A DNA stretch of 64,000 nucleotides from Podarcis pityusensis (lineage: Eukaryota). The translations under genes and the position numbers were made by a program. A model generated the notes under the pieces. The model did no database searches. It was not told where the DNA came from and saw only the letters and a program-made list of their open reading frames with translations. The stretch lies in the NCBI GenBank assembly GCA_964106645.2, contig OZ067046.1. The stretch is one strand, 5' to 3'. Shown piece by piece: positions 60,561-64,000 of the stretch. Each line of letters opens with the position of its first letter. The stretch's first letter is position 1.

Positions 60561-60854
60561 AGCATCCGGGCCTGTAGTTTTGCGACCGGTCTCCCCCCGA
60601 CACACACACTTTCTCGCTTCTCGCCTGCGACAAGCGAGCCGCGGTTGCAGACCTAGTAGAAAAAAGGAGGAGCTCCTCCGGTTTAAGGGCTCCTCCACTT
60701 CGAATTGCGGCTCGCCCGTGGGAACGGGAAGCGAAGGGTGTGCTGTGTGTGGTTTTTCCTTTCCCGCCCTCCCAGAGGTGCATTCAATTGCCTGCTGCAA
60801 AAACAAGGAAGAGCCTCGTTTCACCCGGGAACTTCCCTAAGCGGGGTTGCCTTC

Positions 60855-61060
60855 AGGTGTTGAGATTCCAACTAAACATCAGGAACACCTTTCTGATGAC
60901 GAGAGCTGTTTGACAGTGGAAAAGGCTCCTTTCTTCCTTGGAGGTTTTTAAGCAGAGGTGGGATGGCTGTCTGTCCTGGATGCTTTAGTTCAGATTCCCG
61001 CATTGCAGGGGGTTGATGACTCTCAGGTTCCCTCCCAACTCTACAGTTCTGTGATTCCTA
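60855..61060 (+). mobile_element. CR1 LINE 3' fragment
   Basis: AGATTCCAACTAAACATCAGGAAC...GGAGGTTTTTAAGCAGAGG...CCCAACTCTACAGTTCTGTGATTC; same family as 14570-14780. Confidence 0.8.
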
Positions 61061-61097
61061 CTAGAGGTGGGATTGTGCTAAGTGGCATACGCAAATA

Positions 61098-61290
61098 CAG
61101 TCATACCTCAGGTTGAAGTAGCTTCGGGATAAGTGTTTTTGGGTTGCGCACTGCGGTGACCCAGAAGTAACAGAGTGCTTTACTTCTGGGTTTCGCCGCT
61201 CACGCATGTGCAGACGGTAAAAATGACGTCACGCAGATGCGGGTTGCGTTCACTTCTGGATGCGAACGGGGCTCCGGAACCTGTAACCTG
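61098..61290. mobile_element. Tigger-like MITE, right end disrupted
   Basis: TA-CAGTCATACCTCAGGTT left TIR, CpG-rich body ending ...GCGAACGGGGCTCCGGAAC, abutting the next element. Confidence 0.7.
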
Positions 61291-61292
61291 TA

Positions 61293-61519
61293 CAGTGGTA
61301 CCTCCGTTTACGAACTTAATTGGTTGCGGAGGTCCATTCTTAACCCAAAACCGTTCTTAACCTGAGGTGCGCTTTCGCTAATAGGGCCTCTCACTGCTGC
61401 GCGACTTCCGCTCACATCGCAGGGCAAAGTTTGCTACCCAGAACACCTACTTCCGGGTTAGCAGAGCTCGTTACCGGAAGCGTTCATAAGGCGACGGTAC
61501 GTAACCCGAGGTTCCACTG
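61293..61519. mobile_element. Tigger-like MITE
   Basis: TA-CAGTGGTACCTCCGTTTACG ... CGTAACCCGAGGTTCCACTG-TA; same family as 17379-17619. Confidence 0.85.
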
Positions 61520-63341
61520 TACACGAGACTTCAGGTGCTGCCGATGGGCCTCCACCGCACCTGATAACACACACACACACCACCTTTAATATAGCTGCAT
61601 TCCCCCCCCTCCTGCCACCACCATGGAATCAACAGCCCAACCCACCTTCCCTGCTGGGCTGCCAATGTGGCGTCTAACCTTTGGAAGGGCAGTGGTGCCA
61701 CTTTAGAATAGGACTGACCTTGATTGCCATCTGTGGTGGCCACCATCTTTGGATCGCATAGATCATTGTGTTCTGGGTAAATTAAGATGGTGGGCAGCCA
61801 CCATAGATGGGACCTAACCATGGCTTCCAATAAAAAGCAGCAGTGCCATCCACTGCTAAGACACCACCAGGGGAGGGGGGGTATCAGTGAGGACAGTGAG
61901 TGGTGGCATAGCTGAGTTGAGCTGCAGTGAGGTCCTCAGCTAGTGTGCCAGGGCTGCATGTAATTAACATCATGTGGAGAAAAAGTAAGGCTGCATACAC
62001 TAGTTCTATTCAGTGGTCCCTGCTTAGGAGATATGCACCTAATTCGTAGACAGTGTGGGGGCAAGCCTGGCACACATGCTGCAATGACAGGGCTAGCACA
62101 CATGGCCCTGCTCTTTCTTCATGTACTGTTGATTGCATGGAGAATATCATGGCTAAATAGAATTCAGTGAAGAATGCGAGTTGGAATCAGAGTCTATATT
62201 GTGGCTGGAATAGGTTGGGAGGGGCAGTCAACTGGGCTCTCTATTGATGTAAGAGGAAGTGGAATAATGTGCTGTACTCCTTTTTTCGGGAGTAAAGTTA
62301 CATTGATGGCAATGGTGGAAACAATGGCTGAGTGAGTGTAGGATTTGGACTAAGCCACCTGCCCAGCTTCCACACTTCACCCATTACAGGCTCTTTCCCT
62401 GTGATCAGTCCTGACTTTTCTGCATTCAGCGTAAAGGCCTGAATAAAATTTCAAAGCATGTTCAGCTGAGTGCATTCTCCCATCAGATCTTCACATGGAA
62501 TGCTTGATAGGACATGATTCTACTTTTAGAGCACAAGTGGTGAACCTCGTGCCAAATTTGTCCCTACAGGGTTCTCTGTTTGGCCCCCAGGACTCTCCAC
62601 AGGCCACACCCCTCACCAGGCCTGCTCAACACCCTCCTTGAGTGTTTTGCCCTGCTAGAATGTGCCCTTGAACTCTGACATTGTAGAAGAGAGAGGAAAG
62701 CATGAGTATATGGAGAAACTAGCCTTCTGGTTAGTTGCTCTGCTCACTTTTGCCTCAGACTTCACCCCCCACTGGCCTGTGGCCCCAGAAGACTGCTCAG
62801 AATAGACAGCAGCCCTTGAGCTGAAATAAGGTTCCCTAACCCTGTGCCAGGCATAGAGTGGGGCACCAAAGATCCATGTTAAAACACCTACTGCAACAAA
62901 TAGACACATCTGTCAGCAGATCTCTCAAATTAAAGCAGCAGTACTGACAAGTTTTACATATAGTACAACTGTAGTTACGTTTCACACTTTATTTTGATGT
63001 GAGATAAGAAGATTCCTAGTTGCAAAGTACTCAATTCATTAGTCCACATGTTTGAAACTCAGTCTAGAGAAGTTATGGAAAATATTCTTATTGGGCAAAG
63101 ATACCAGAAGGGCTTGTTTGTGCTCATTCCTTAGCTGTGTGCTTGTGATATACAAGAATATACCCATGGCATTGCTACTCTAACTCTGTGACGTTTATTT
63201 ATTAACACAGTGACGTTTATACCATGAGATCAGGGTACTCATTTGAAAGCCAATCTAATTAAAGCACTTGAGGATAGCAAGGTGACAGAACGAATGTCTC
63301 TAGATGCATTTGAGCCTCTGAGGGAGTTTGGGGGTTGTACC

Positions 63342-64000
63342 ATGGCAGAGTCTTCAGATGCTCCCTCACTTCTGCCTGCAGTAAGGAAGAAGAAAAGCTT
63401 ATCAATCAAGGACAAAATTAGTATAATAGCTGCAATAGAAAGTGGCAAGAAGAAGGCAGATATTGCGGAAAGATACGGTATAAAGAAAAACTCCTTGTCC
63501 TCCATCATGAAGAACAAAGAGAAAGTTTTGGAAGCCTTTGAATCATGGCAATTTGACCCTAAAAGAAAAAGGTTAAGGACTGCATTTCATACAGATCTGG
63601 AAGAGGCCCTGGTGAAGTGGTACAGAATGGCTCAGTGTTCAAATATACCAGTGAATGGGCCGATGCTACGCTTCCAGGCTAATGATTTTGCACAGAAACT
63701 TGGACATAACGATTTTAAATGCAGCAATGGTTGGCTAGATCGTTTTAAAGCAAGGTATGGACTGGCATTCAGATCTCAGCCAGTTGTAGCTACTGCTCAT
63801 ACTACTCGTACCACTGCTGCTACCACTACAGAGGATACAGCAACTGCTTGGCATCAAAATATTCTGTCTTACTATTTAAAGGTTTATCAGCCAAATGATA
63901 TATTTAACATGAAGGAGACAGGATTGTTTTATCAGATGTTACCTAGTGCTACTTTTACATTTAAAGGAGAAACATGCTCCCTGGGAAAATTAGGCAAAGA
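63342..64000 (+). CDS. TIGD4: Tigger transposable element-derived protein 4, partial (runs off window end)
   Basis: Uninterrupted ORF from ACCATGG: [82 protein letters not shown]...[37 protein letters not shown]...[15 protein letters not shown]. This gives psq-type HTH, CENP-B HTH and the start of the DDE_1 domain. It matches recalled TIGD4 and is head-to-head with ARFIP1. Absent from the ORF track because it has no stop in the window. Confidence 0.95.
   Translation, partial: MAESSDAPSLLPAVRKKKSLSIKDKISIIAAIESGKKKADIAERYGIKKNSLSSIMKNKEKVLEAFESWQFDPKRKRLRTAFHTDLEEALVKWYRMAQCSNIPVNGPMLRFQANDFAQKLGHNDFKCSNGWLDRFKARYGLAFRSQPVVATAHTTRTTAATTTEDTATAWHQNILSYYLKVYQPNDIFNMKETGLFYQMLPSATFTFKGETCSLGKLGK

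Larger units (their letters stand above)
59900..60850. promoter_or_regulatory. CpG island, bidirectional ARFIP1/TIGD4 promoter
   Basis: CpG-rich region between the divergent genes, with tandem ETS-type motifs CCGGAACT (60442-60449) and CCGGAAGT (60456-60463). Confidence 0.85.

Noticed and set aside
63239-63517. 92-aa hydrophobic minus-strand ORF
   Set aside because: Antisense shadow of the Lys-rich TIGD4 N-terminus.
63342-64000. Active Tigger transposon
   Set aside because: No adjacent TIR, the first catalytic Asp is lost, and the position is syntenic with ARFIP1; it is the domesticated gene.

Overview
This is vertebrate genomic DNA, most likely from a squamate (probably lacertid) lizard, judged from the repeats: Sauria SINE, Bov-B, tRNA-Ile/CR1-tailed SINEs, a Penelope fragment, and hAT and Tigger-like MITEs. 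It carries the conserved FHDC1-ARFIP1-TIGD4 block. (i) The 5' end of FHDC1 lies on the minus strand: CpG-island first exon near 12.5-12.7 kb, first coding exon running off the window at base 1. (ii) The complete ARFIP1 (arfaptin-1) gene lies on the minus strand: 8 coding exons, 1125 nt, 374 aa. (iii) The 5' part of TIGD4, a domesticated pogo/Tigger transposase, lies on the plus strand, head-to-head with ARFIP1 across a CpG island. Almost all ORFs in the supplied track are spurious. There are no prokaryotic systems or CRISPR arrays. The best candidates for undescribed biology are RNA-level. An AG|GTATGT recursive-splice-type exon in ARFIP1 intron 1 carries an in-frame ATG (29-aa N-terminal extension) and may be coupled to tandem GC/GT donors on exon 1. 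Others are a small exon in the ARFIP1 3' region that could link ARFIP1 to FHDC1, uORFs plus a hairpin before the FHDC1 start codon, an RFX X-box in the bidirectional promoter, and a Penelope-type minimal hammerhead ribozyme remnant. All of these are sequence-based hypotheses, and gene and repeat names come from recognition, not from database searches.
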